Shown here: in pieces, positions 57,514 to 64,000 of the stretch
Numbering within the stretch: the first letter of the stretch is position 1
How the letters are laid out: each line of letters begins with the position of its first letter
IMG/VR virus record: IMGVR_UViG_3300005844_000001
Span: 11,074 to 75,073 of that record
Strand: one strand, 5' to 3'
Length of the DNA: 64,000 bases
From: a virus
Lineage: Duplodnaviria; Caudoviricetes
The notes under the pieces: model-generated
The model's input: only the letters and a program-made list of their open reading frames with translations
Told to the model about the DNA's origin: nothing
Databases searched by the model: none
Position numbers and translations under genes: made by a program

Positions 57514-58280
57514 TTATACGTCCTTTCTCTGACTATCTCTTCAGCATATTGCGGCGCTCGATAATCCGATTCGGGTTGAGACTCCAGCCACTTTTCAATC
57601 TTGAGGAACTTATTGCGGAACGAGCGAGCGCACTCAACATCCGGTTTCCACTTGTCCGCAGAGATAGAAATATACCCTTGCAAGACTCGCTTCAGTCGGG
57701 GTTTGTCCCCCTGGATGTCTTGCAGCAATAGCCGCATGTCTTCATACCAAGTTTTACGATTGAAGCGCTTGTCTAGTTTCCTTTCGCGTCGCACATAGTC
57801 CTCTAGTTTGTCGCACGCATGCTTTATGAAAGGACTTGTATCTCCATTCAATCCAAAAAAACTCTCTCCAGCGCATCGGAATGCGCTGGAATATGTCTTC
57901 TTATCTTTACGTAGTAAAGACACACGCCACTTTTGGGACTCTCCGTTTTTTGTGGAGTGTCGTGAAAATGGCGTGTGGGTGCGCTGCTGAGGACTTTCGA
58001 AGATTAAATACCGACTTCCGAGCCATTTCCCATCCGACGATTGCAACGGTTGACGAATAGCATACCCGAGTCGTCTCAACTCTCCGAAGACTCTCCCCGC
58101 AACTCTTTTGCTTTTACTAAATCGCTTGCACAAGTGCTCGATTCTAACTTCCCAATCATCGGGAAAAGACAAGATAAATGCGAGGAAGCCAGTAGCTCGG
58201 TCTGATAGTCGGACGTCGCGCAGAGCTTCGTTCGATATTAGGGCAAAATCTCTTTTACGTTTAGCAACTTTACAAATCAT
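57510..58280 (-). CDS. Phage replication initiator-like HTH protein
   Basis: DFALISNEALRDVRLS..ATG..ILSFPDDW..ELRRLGY; upstream of the helicase. Confidence 0.75.
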   Translation of the reverse strand: MICKVAKRKRDFALISNEALRDVRLSDRATGFLAFILSFPDDWEVRIEHLCKRFSKSKRVAGRVFGELRRLGYAIRQPLQSSDGKWLGSRYLIFESPQQRTHTPFSRHSTKNGESQKWRVSLLRKDKKTYSSAFRCAGESFFGLNGDTSPFIKHACDKLEDYVRRERKLDKRFNRKTWYEDMRLLLQDIQGDKPRLKRVLQGYISISADKWKPDVECARSFRNKFLKIEKWLESQPESDYRAPQYAEEIVRERTYK

Positions 58281-58287
58281 AATTTGA

Positions 58288-58447
58288 CAAAAGAAAAGCC
58301 GCCGTTCCAGGGAGGTAAGAATTGGCGGCAGTAGGTCTCTTTCCTCAACTACGAGTGCGCCTGCTCCCCTAAACGACGGCTAAATTCTATTTCAACCCTA
58401 CTGCTCCTTAGGCTTCTTACGGCCTCTTGCAAACTTGTCGCACAGTT
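58288..58447 (-). ncRNA. Structured leader RNA (C4/CI antisense-like) upstream of the initiator
   Basis: Closing stem 58297-58306 / 58372-58381 plus U-run; internal CCTACTGC and TTCTTAC are complementary to upstream GCAGTAGG and GTAAGAA. Confidence 0.5.
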
Positions 58448-58448
58448 T

Positions 58449-58476
58449 ATTATCTCGCTCGAACGAGACAAGTCAA
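58449..58476 (-). promoter_or_regulatory. sigma70-like promoter for the replication operon
   Basis: TTGACT-N16-GATAAT. Confidence 0.5.
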
Positions 58477-58679
58477 AACTTGCTCTTTTTCTTCTCTCAT
58501 ATACGGGGCCGAATTGGTCTTTCTTTCGCGTGCAATACGCTCTAGGACCGTTTGGACTCGCCAGCGAGCGTCAATATAGCGGTTTCAAAGCAAAAGAGCG
58601 GGGCCGCGTATCAGGAGAACAAATCTGGCGCCTGACAAAAAGCGCCAAACAAACCCGATACGGGCCCCGCAAAATCAAA

Positions 58680-58934
58680 TCAACAAGCGAGCCGAGCCGC
58701 TTTCTGTTCTTCCACTACTTTCGCGTGGAGCACGAAGTCTTCGTATTGAGCGACGCAACGACACAGCGGGCATCCATACCAAGGTCCCTTATCGTTGCTT
58801 GTTACCATTACTGGCTGCTTAAAGCGAACGGCAATTCCCGGACAAGGGACGTCGCCGCCGGCCATCTTTGAAGTCTTGTTGCAAGCCATAGATAGCGGAT
58901 AAGCTTCGTCTCCGATTCTTCCTTTTGGATTCAT
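58680..58934 (-). CDS. Small zinc-ribbon protein
   Basis: AC..PC..GCPLC. Confidence 0.5.
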   Translation of the reverse strand: MNPKGRIGDEAYPLSMACNKTSKMAGGDVPCPGIAVRFKQPVMVTSNDKGPWYGCPLCRCVAQYEDFVLHAKVVEEQKAARLAC

Positions 58935-59018
58935 ATTATTTTGATTCAACTATTCATTGCGCGGCTAGCGATGGGCCTAGCACTTACACGCTTGGCCGCG
59001 CAATGAAAGTTGAAAAGC

Positions 59019-59915
59019 TTAGTTGAGCAAGAGTTCATACGCCCGCGTGCGGAGCGTATCGTTGCGGCTCAAGACTGACTCAAACCGATTGATTTCCGGA
59101 GCAGTCAAGTCCGTGTGGCGATGCACGCGGTGGTGCGTCACGTGCTCCGTAACCGCGTTGAGCGCATCCCAGCGGCTGCGCCCTTGATTGCCATCGCCGA
59201 ATATGAAGAGCTCCAGCATATTCTCGCGCTGGTTCTCGGTGCGCGTCGAGTCTCCAGGCATCAGCTTGCCGAGAAACTCCCTGCACTCCGGCAACGACAT
59301 CCGCGCTTGAGCGAGCTTGACGAATTGGCTCTGGACGATATCAATCTGCTCCTTCGCCGACGCCAGAAAGAGAGTCTTCGCAATCGCGTAGCGGATATGC
59401 TGCTTCTCGGTATGCGATACCCACAAGTCGCTCGACAACTCCCTAGTGGTCATCCCGTTCTTGCAAGTCAAGCGCTCCATGAAGAGCTGCGACTTGCGCG
59501 GAGTACCGCCGTCCCACCCGTCGACCGAGTGAATAAAGACGTTCGTAATGTCGCCCTTCTCCCGGATGTTCTTGGGGAAAGAGATATCTTGCTTGAGCTT
59601 GATGAACGCGAAAGCCCTCGAGCGCTCCGGCAGGAAGCCAGCGCGAACCACCGTCCCGTCTATCGACTCTGCAAACTCGTATTGAGATTGCAGGAATTGC
59701 CGGGGGTCGCTTGGCGGGTAATCTTCCCCGACAATCCCCAGCGGCGCTTTCGTATCGCTCCGGTAGAGGAGCTTCTTCCGGAGCGCCTGGATTCCAGTAG
59801 CGGTCCCCGAGATGGTGTCCGCTTCCGGTTGCCAGTCCAAGTCCGCCAGTTTAAGCGTCTCTTCAAAGCTCGACGCCGCCGCTACACCGACCGATTCAAT
59901 AACTGATGTTTTCAT
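59019..59915 (-). CDS. DUF932/DUF945-family protein
   Basis: LADLDW, RSDT..LGIVG..Y, ERLTCKNG, HT, WDALNAVTE..H. Confidence 0.88.
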   Translation of the reverse strand: MKTSVIESVGVAAASSFEETLKLADLDWQPEADTISGTATGIQALRKKLLYRSDTKAPLGIVGEDYPPSDPRQFLQSQYEFAESIDGTVVRAGFLPERSRAFAFIKLKQDISFPKNIREKGDITNVFIHSVDGWDGGTPRKSQLFMERLTCKNGMTTRELSSDLWVSHTEKQHIRYAIAKTLFLASAKEQIDIVQSQFVKLAQARMSLPECREFLGKLMPGDSTRTENQRENMLELFIFGDGNQGRSRWDALNAVTEHVTHHRVHRHTDLTAPEINRFESVLSRNDTLRTRAYELLLN

Positions 59916-59950
59916 ATTCTTATTATCTCGTTTAGGTTAAAGTTTTGCTC

Positions 59951-60541
59951 TCAAGAATACATCCCTGGATACTCGACGCCATCCGCTTCGTCGGCCGCGT
60001 TGGTAACGTCTTCGGCCAGCTGGCGAATCTCGTCCTTCTTGTCGTCATCCAAGACCAGACCCTCGGGCAGCGTCGCTCCTTCTTCCAGCAACTCTTCCAG
60101 GCGCTCGGCCGCTTGACGCAACGCATACGCCGCTTGGCTTCCGCGATGCGCCCGGCTCGTCTCGTCGCTCGGCGCAACGAATACTCTGACCGGCTCCAGA
60201 TACTCTGGCACGTCGAGCGTATTCGCTACGTTATCCAAAGCCGAAATCGCTTCTTGCAACTGGTCTCCCTTATCTCCGTTCTGGAACCCTTCCGGCAAGT
60301 TGTCATACCAGTCCTGGAGCTCGTCCCGTAGCGTCTCAAACTCGGAGATGGCGTCAGGAATTACCGACGTCACCGACGTGGTATACATAGCCGTCAACAT
60401 AGCTTTGAATTCTTCCACCGTCGGCAAGTCGATGACTATTTGATACCAGCCCTTACGAGATAACTTGAGTCGCGCTTGCAATACCCTAAGGGCGTGCGGC
60501 CCGTAGGTCTTGTTCAATTTGATTCTACTGATTTCGTTCAT
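59951..60541 (-). CDS. Acidic helical hypothetical early protein
   Basis: LRDELQDWYDNLPEGFQ..G..LQEAI; D/E-rich. Confidence 0.7.
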   Translation of the reverse strand: MNEISRIKLNKTYGPHALRVLQARLKLSRKGWYQIVIDLPTVEEFKAMLTAMYTTSVTSVIPDAISEFETLRDELQDWYDNLPEGFQNGDKGDQLQEAISALDNVANTLDVPEYLEPVRVFVAPSDETSRAHRGSQAAYALRQAAERLEELLEEGATLPEGLVLDDDKKDEIRQLAEDVTNAADEADGVEYPGMYS

Positions 60542-60576
60542 ACTGTTTTTGTTTGTTTTTTGTTTGCCCTGCGAAA

Positions 60577-61164
60577 TTACTTGGCTGCCGGAATGCGGAC
60601 GAATTGAGCCGGAGTGAACCGGACGTGCTGAGAATCTTTCTTGCCGAACAAGCCGTTGCCGTCGAGGAGCGTATCCAGAGCGTCTTGTTGAGCGAGCGCC
60701 CGATTGTAGGGCAAGCTCGTATAACCGATTGTGCCGCTCGCGGTATGCTTGAGAAAGTAGCGAGTCATCCAGACGCCGCCCTTATACTGGACTTCGATAG
60801 CCGCGCCCACTTTCAAGTCAAACAGGCCGTTCTCGCTGGCGATATTCTGCCGCGCTTGCTTGCGGGCAAATTCGCTTGAGCGACGCTTTTCCTTCAAGTC
60901 CATTGCTTCGACTTGCGCCGCGTGGACCGTTGCGCTTGCGACGTTCCCCAGCACGGTCAACATGCGGAAAGGAACGCTCCAGAGACCCTTCGATTCTCCT
61001 TCCGGCATTACTTCAGCGACTTGATGCTGGATGGAGGGGAGCCCGAACTTGGCGAATTTGCGTCCGCGTTCAATCGTCTTGAGCCGAACCACGACTCCAG
61101 TAACTTGACCGCGACGCCCGTTAAACCGCACTCTTGCACCGACTTTGATTTCGTTTTTTGTCAT
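60577..61164 (-). CDS. Hypothetical early protein (SH3/KOW-like repeats)
   Basis: IKVGARVRF and LKVGAAIEV repeats; promoter motif 6 nt upstream. Confidence 0.75.
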   Translation of the reverse strand: MTKNEIKVGARVRFNGRRGQVTGVVVRLKTIERGRKFAKFGLPSIQHQVAEVMPEGESKGLWSVPFRMLTVLGNVASATVHAAQVEAMDLKEKRRSSEFARKQARQNIASENGLFDLKVGAAIEVQYKGGVWMTRYFLKHTASGTIGYTSLPYNRALAQQDALDTLLDGNGLFGKKDSQHVRFTPAQFVRIPAAK

Positions 61165-61170
61165 ACTAAG

Positions 61171-61198
61171 TTATCGACGCCCTGTGGAAATACTTTAG
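61171..61198 (-). promoter_or_regulatory. sigma28-like promoter
   Basis: CTAAAGTATTTCCACAGGGCGTCGATAA; ATG 6 nt downstream. Confidence 0.7.
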
Positions 61199-61377
61199 TC
61201 CAATTGAAACATATCTTTGATTGCTTCGAGGATATCGCAATCCCGTATCGGCGGCAGGTCGCCGGCGATGTAATGGTCGAAAGCGCCCTTGCGATACCAA
61301 TTGTCAAATTTCTGGCTTTTGAGCGTATCCAGTATCTTCTGAGCCACTTTGTCTTGATTCGATTTGTTTTTATTCAT
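61195..61377 (-). CDS. Hypothetical early protein
   Basis: Flanked by promoter repeats. Confidence 0.7.
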   Translation of the reverse strand: MNKNKSNQDKVAQKILDTLKSQKFDNWYRKGAFDHYIAGDLPPIRDCDILEAIKDMFQLD

Positions 61378-61384
61378 ACCAGTA

Positions 61385-61412
61385 TTATCGACGCCCTGTG
61401 AAAATACTTTAG
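61385..61412 (-). promoter_or_regulatory. sigma28-like promoter
   Basis: CTAAAGTATTTTCACAGGGCGTCGATAA; ATG 7 nt downstream. Confidence 0.7.
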
Positions 61413-61413
61413 C

Positions 61414-61638
61414 TTATTCGCCCATCCATTGTAAGAGCCCCGATTGATAGCGCTTTACAAACCCTTGGTCCACCAGGATTCCGATCATTTTCTCGAAACC
61501 GGCCAAGTCCATTTTGTCCGCCAGTTGAGCGTAGAGATGCCCAGCCGGAACTGTCCCGAGCTCTCGAATCAACCCGGCGACTACCGTCAAGATTTCCAGC
61601 GCCGCTTTTACTTCTTCTTTTGTTACGTTTTTTGTCAT
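61414..61638 (-). CDS. Small winged-helix-like early protein
   Basis: IRELGTVPAGHLYAQL..FEKMIGILVDQGFV; start set by the promoter repeat. Confidence 0.7.
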   Translation of the reverse strand: MTKNVTKEEVKAALEILTVVAGLIRELGTVPAGHLYAQLADKMDLAGFEKMIGILVDQGFVKRYQSGLLQWMGE

Positions 61639-61645
61639 ACCAGTA

Positions 61646-61673
61646 TTATCGTCAGCCCTTAGGGATACTTTAG
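61646..61673 (-). promoter_or_regulatory. sigma28-like promoter
   Basis: CTAAAGTATCCCTAAGGGCTGACGATAA; ATG 7 nt downstream. Confidence 0.7.
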
Positions 61674-62062
61674 CTTTTCTTTTTGCACTCCGGCCCGATA
61701 CCGGACTCGATTGATTCCGGAACCGTGAGCTTGCGGCCGCAGCGGCAACATTTGCCGGCGTGCTGGATTTCAACTTTCCCGGCGAGCTCGTTCAAGTGGG
61801 ACCAGATATAAGCGAAAGCTACCGCGCTAGGAGCGCTTGGAGTAATCGAAGAGCGAGTCCCATGGCGGTAATTCTCTCCGTCGAAAATAGTCCCGAGGAA
61901 CGTGTAGCTCGATTCGTTGTCTGGGCCCGTAAGGACTTTGACGAAGTGGGGCGACTCCGGCTTGGGCTGACGAATCTTGTAAGTAAAGCGAGTCCCGGTC
62001 TTGAGCGACGTAGCGGTGAACGTAGCGTTCCCCGCCAGCGCGAATTCTTTAATATTTATCAT
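61670..62062 (-). CDS. DUF6011-like zinc-finger protein
   Basis: GNATFT..TGTRFTYKI..; CCRCGRKLTVPESIESGIGPEC. Confidence 0.8.
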   Translation of the reverse strand: MINIKEFALAGNATFTATSLKTGTRFTYKIRQPKPESPHFVKVLTGPDNESSYTFLGTIFDGENYRHGTRSSITPSAPSAVAFAYIWSHLNELAGKVEIQHAGKCCRCGRKLTVPESIESGIGPECKKKS

Positions 62063-62068
62063 ACAAGT

Positions 62069-62096
62069 ATATCGTCAGCCCTTAGGGATACTTTAG
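62069..62096 (-). promoter_or_regulatory. sigma28-like promoter
   Basis: CTAAAGTATCCCTAAGGGCTGACGATAT; ATG 6 nt downstream. Confidence 0.7.
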
Positions 62097-62854
62097 CTGA
62101 CTAACTTCATTTCAGAAGGCTTGGTCCCCGGTGCGAATCGGACTTCACTTGCGAAGCTGGCTTTTAGCGCTTTCATCGCTTCAGCTTGCTCTTCGCGCAA
62201 TACGATAACTTTGCTCCATTGGCTAACGGTAAACGTCTCGCCCTTGTAGGTGAGCTTGCCGTTCTCTTCGACGCGAAACCCCTCTGGCGTCGAGTATTCC
62301 GACAACCAGCTCTGCTGAGTGAGTTGCTTGACGAATTCCTTGCTAATAGGGGCGGCGATAAACGTCCGATAGCGAGCTTCCGTTGCCGCTTTGACTTGCT
62401 CGACCGAGCGCTGAGCTTGAGCAACGCCGACGATTTCCCGAATCTTCTCCAGCGCTTTCGCTTTCTGCTTTGCGTCGAGCCCGAGCTCCCGGCCGTTGCC
62501 GATTTTCAGCCACTTAGTATCGCCGTAATCGCCGATAACGAGCTTCCAACCAGTGCAATGCCCACTGGACCACTTGCTTGAGCCCGTATACATATTCTCA
62601 ATTCGAACGCGAACACCGAGCGCTCTTTTCCCGTCCGTAGCCGGGTCGAGTTGCCGCAAGACCGCGAGCTCGGCCGCAGCTTGCTCGATTTGCGCTTGAG
62701 CGCGGGAAGCCAGTTCTTGCTCGTGCTTGACGATACGCTCGGAGGGTTCGATACCGTTCATCATTCCCGCTTCAATCGCGTCTTTGTTGATATCGTTGAA
62801 TTCGGTGCAGAACTGCGTGGACTTTTCGACTTTGATATTTTGATTCGTTGTCAT
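62093..62854 (-). CDS. Hypothetical early protein
   Basis: 253-aa ORF with an A-rich leader between promoter repeats. Confidence 0.75.
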   Translation of the reverse strand: MTTNQNIKVEKSTQFCTEFNDINKDAIEAGMMNGIEPSERIVKHEQELASRAQAQIEQAAAELAVLRQLDPATDGKRALGVRVRIENMYTGSSKWSSGHCTGWKLVIGDYGDTKWLKIGNGRELGLDAKQKAKALEKIREIVGVAQAQRSVEQVKAATEARYRTFIAAPISKEFVKQLTQQSWLSEYSTPEGFRVEENGKLTYKGETFTVSQWSKVIVLREEQAEAMKALKASFASEVRFAPGTKPSEMKLVS

Positions 62855-62887
62855 ATTTTGATTTTGTTTTTTGCCCTTGTAAGAGAG

Positions 62888-62915
62888 TTATCGTCAGAGT
62901 AGGGAAATACTTTAG
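62888..62915 (-). promoter_or_regulatory. sigma28-like promoter
   Basis: CTAAAGTATTTCCCTACTCTGACGATAA. Confidence 0.7.
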
Positions 62916-62916
62916 C

Positions 62917-63114
62917 TCAAACTTTAGAAACTCGAACGAACGCCAGCCCGTAAGAGCTAGAGTCTTGAGCGATATCGTTGTGCTTCGCCCAAGCTCGCAA
63001 AGCTTCCAGCGTAAATAGCGAGCCCGCGTATTGCTTCGACGTTGCTTCGACTACCAGCTCAGTCGTCTCGTATCCAACCGCCGTTACCGTTACTTTGAAT
63101 TTTGATTTGTTCAT
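62917..63114 (-). CDS. Hypothetical early protein
   Basis: Flanked by promoter repeats. Confidence 0.7.
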   Translation of the reverse strand: MNKSKFKVTVTAVGYETTELVVEATSKQYAGSLFTLEALRAWAKHNDIAQDSSSYGLAFVRVSKV

Positions 63115-63121
63115 ATTAGTA

Positions 63122-63149
63122 TTATCGTCAGCCCTTAGGGATACTTTAG
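63122..63149 (-). promoter_or_regulatory. sigma28-like promoter
   Basis: CTAAAGTATCCCTAAGGGCTGACGATAA; ATG 7 nt downstream. Confidence 0.7.
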
Positions 63150-63150
63150 C

Positions 63151-63342
63151 TCAATTAACGAAGGGGTGATTTGTGAGCGTAGCTTTTGCCCCGAAGCGGC
63201 GAGCTTGCAATTCTTCCCGGATAACTCCGGCGCGAAGCTCTAGCTTTGCAAGTTCAGTTTCTAGTTCTCGAAAGCTTAGCGCGTCGAGTTCAGCCCTTGT
63301 TAATACTCCGATTTTTTCGAACTTTGTCATTTTGTTTTTCAT
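63151..63342 (-). CDS. Hypothetical early protein
   Basis: Short helical ORF heading the cassette array. Confidence 0.65.
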   Translation of the reverse strand: MKNKMTKFEKIGVLTRAELDALSFRELETELAKLELRAGVIREELQARRFGAKATLTNHPFVN

Positions 63343-63353
63343 ACTCCCCTAAT

Positions 63354-63369
63354 AGCAAGCTCGATACCA
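63354..63369 (-). promoter_or_regulatory. sigma54-like -24/-12 promoter
   Basis: TGGTATCGAGCTTGCT with GG-N10-GC spacing. Confidence 0.5.
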
Positions 63370-63431
63370 CTATTGGATTATCTCTAAAGCGTTGAGTTTA
63401 GGACAAACCTTTAATCGACTACTTTCCATAG

Positions 63432-63468
63432 TGTCTCAAATCTGGATAGACACTGTCTCAAATTTGGA
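63432..63468. repeat. Direct repeat pair with 22-bp period
   Basis: TGTCTCAAATCTGGA and TGTCTCAAATTTGGA. Confidence 0.65.
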
Positions 63469-63515
63469 CTGGAGCTTCTTTCTCGTAGCGTCTCGCTTCG
63501 AAAAGACGTCTTAAT

Positions 63516-63583
63516 CCGTCAGGATTGCACGCTAGGACCGTTTGGATTTGCTTTTGAGTATCAACGTAGCGATTTGCTATGGG
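63516..63583 (+). repeat. Dispersed ~65-bp repeat, copy 4
   Basis: CCGTCAGGATTGCACGCTAGGACCGTTTGGATTTGCTTTTGAGTATCAACGTAGCG. Confidence 0.8.
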
Positions 63584-63590
63584 CAACGTC

Positions 63591-64000
63591 CTATAACTTA
63601 AAGCTCAAAGCGTAGCGAGTCGCTACTTCGTTCGGCTCGTAGAAGTGTCCCTCGGCTGCGGCTTGCGAGACGTCCTGCCAGAGGAAGTCCGGCGGCTTAG
63701 GGGCGAGCCATTCCATCCCGAGCGTCGAGACGAAAGCCGGGAACGTCCCGGTAGAGAAGTCTACTATCTCGTTCGTATCCGGCAACGCAATCCAGACATG
63801 CATCTCAGGGATTCCTCCAGACGCCATAGCGAGTATTGAGTTGAAGTCCGTCGGGCTCCACTTGAAAGCGAAGTGCGTCCCGCGTACGCCGTCGTCGAGT
63901 TGCTTGGGGACAATCTCCCATTGCATCGTCCCCGCTTGCAAGACGGGGCGATAGAAGCGCGGGTAACGGCTCAAGACTTCCATCCCAATCTTCGCCAGGT
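63591..64000 (-). CDS. Hypothetical protein, probably 5'-truncated by the window edge
   Basis: LQAGT..W..EMHVWI..EIVDFS (transglutaminase-like His/Asp spacing, weak). Confidence 0.6.
   Translation of the reverse strand, partial: LAKIGMEVLSRYPRFYRPVLQAGTMQWEIVPKQLDDGVRGTHFAFKWSPTDFNSILAMASGGIPEMHVWIALPDTNEIVDFSTGTFPAFVSTLGMEWLAPKPPDFLWQDVSQAAAEGHFYEPNEVATRYALSFKL

Larger units (their letters stand above)
1..64000. mobile_element. Tailed bacteriophage genome segment (siphovirus-like); no integrase or host genes seen
   Basis: Terminase, portal, capsid, tail tube, tape measure, tail tip and phage replication genes in a dense, mostly co-oriented layout. Confidence 0.97.

Noticed and set aside
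61164-63151. Repeats as a CRISPR array or integron attC sites
   Set aside because: The intervening sequences are 190-790 bp whole genes, there are no cas or integrase genes and no attC-type palindromes; the repeats fit promoter geometry
1-64000. tRNA/rRNA genes, integrase, endolysin, alternative genetic code
   Set aside because: None recognised by eye; genes are full length under the standard code using TAA, TAG and TGA stops. The NlpC/P60 gene is in the tail gpK position, not a lysis position

Overview
This window is part of a large tailed dsDNA phage genome (long non-contractile tail; the genome extends beyond both window edges). Almost all genes from 1442 to 64000 lie on the minus strand. 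In transcription order (right to left) the modules are: (1) small early genes, each preceded by a repeated promoter-like motif; (2) a replication/recombination module with an HTH initiator, DnaB-like helicase, beta-clamp, a split family-A polymerase (UDG+exonuclease gene, then polymerase gene), clamp loader, UvsY-like, SSB, RecA-like and resolvase; (3) two tandem TET-associated-type (TAGT/GREB1-like) glycosyltransferases next to the terminase; (4) portal and a MuF protein with a long enzymatic C-terminal extension; (5) a 7 kb glycosyltransferase/methyltransferase cluster inside the head module; (6) capsid, connector and tail genes with a clear -1 frameshift chaperone; (7) a tail-tip module interrupted by an 8 kb insert that includes an orphan response regulator and a J-domain protein. 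A few plus-strand genes (Rad50/SbcC-like) converge at the left end. The most notable signals are seven sigma28-like promoters (TAAAGTAT-N11-G[A/T]CGATA) mostly feeding apparently leaderless genes below a sigma54-like promoter, two apparently separate glycosylation systems (DNA and virion), and a dispersed ~65-bp repeat. All calls come from motif recognition by eye; no database searches were run. The suggested verrucomicrobial host is an inference.
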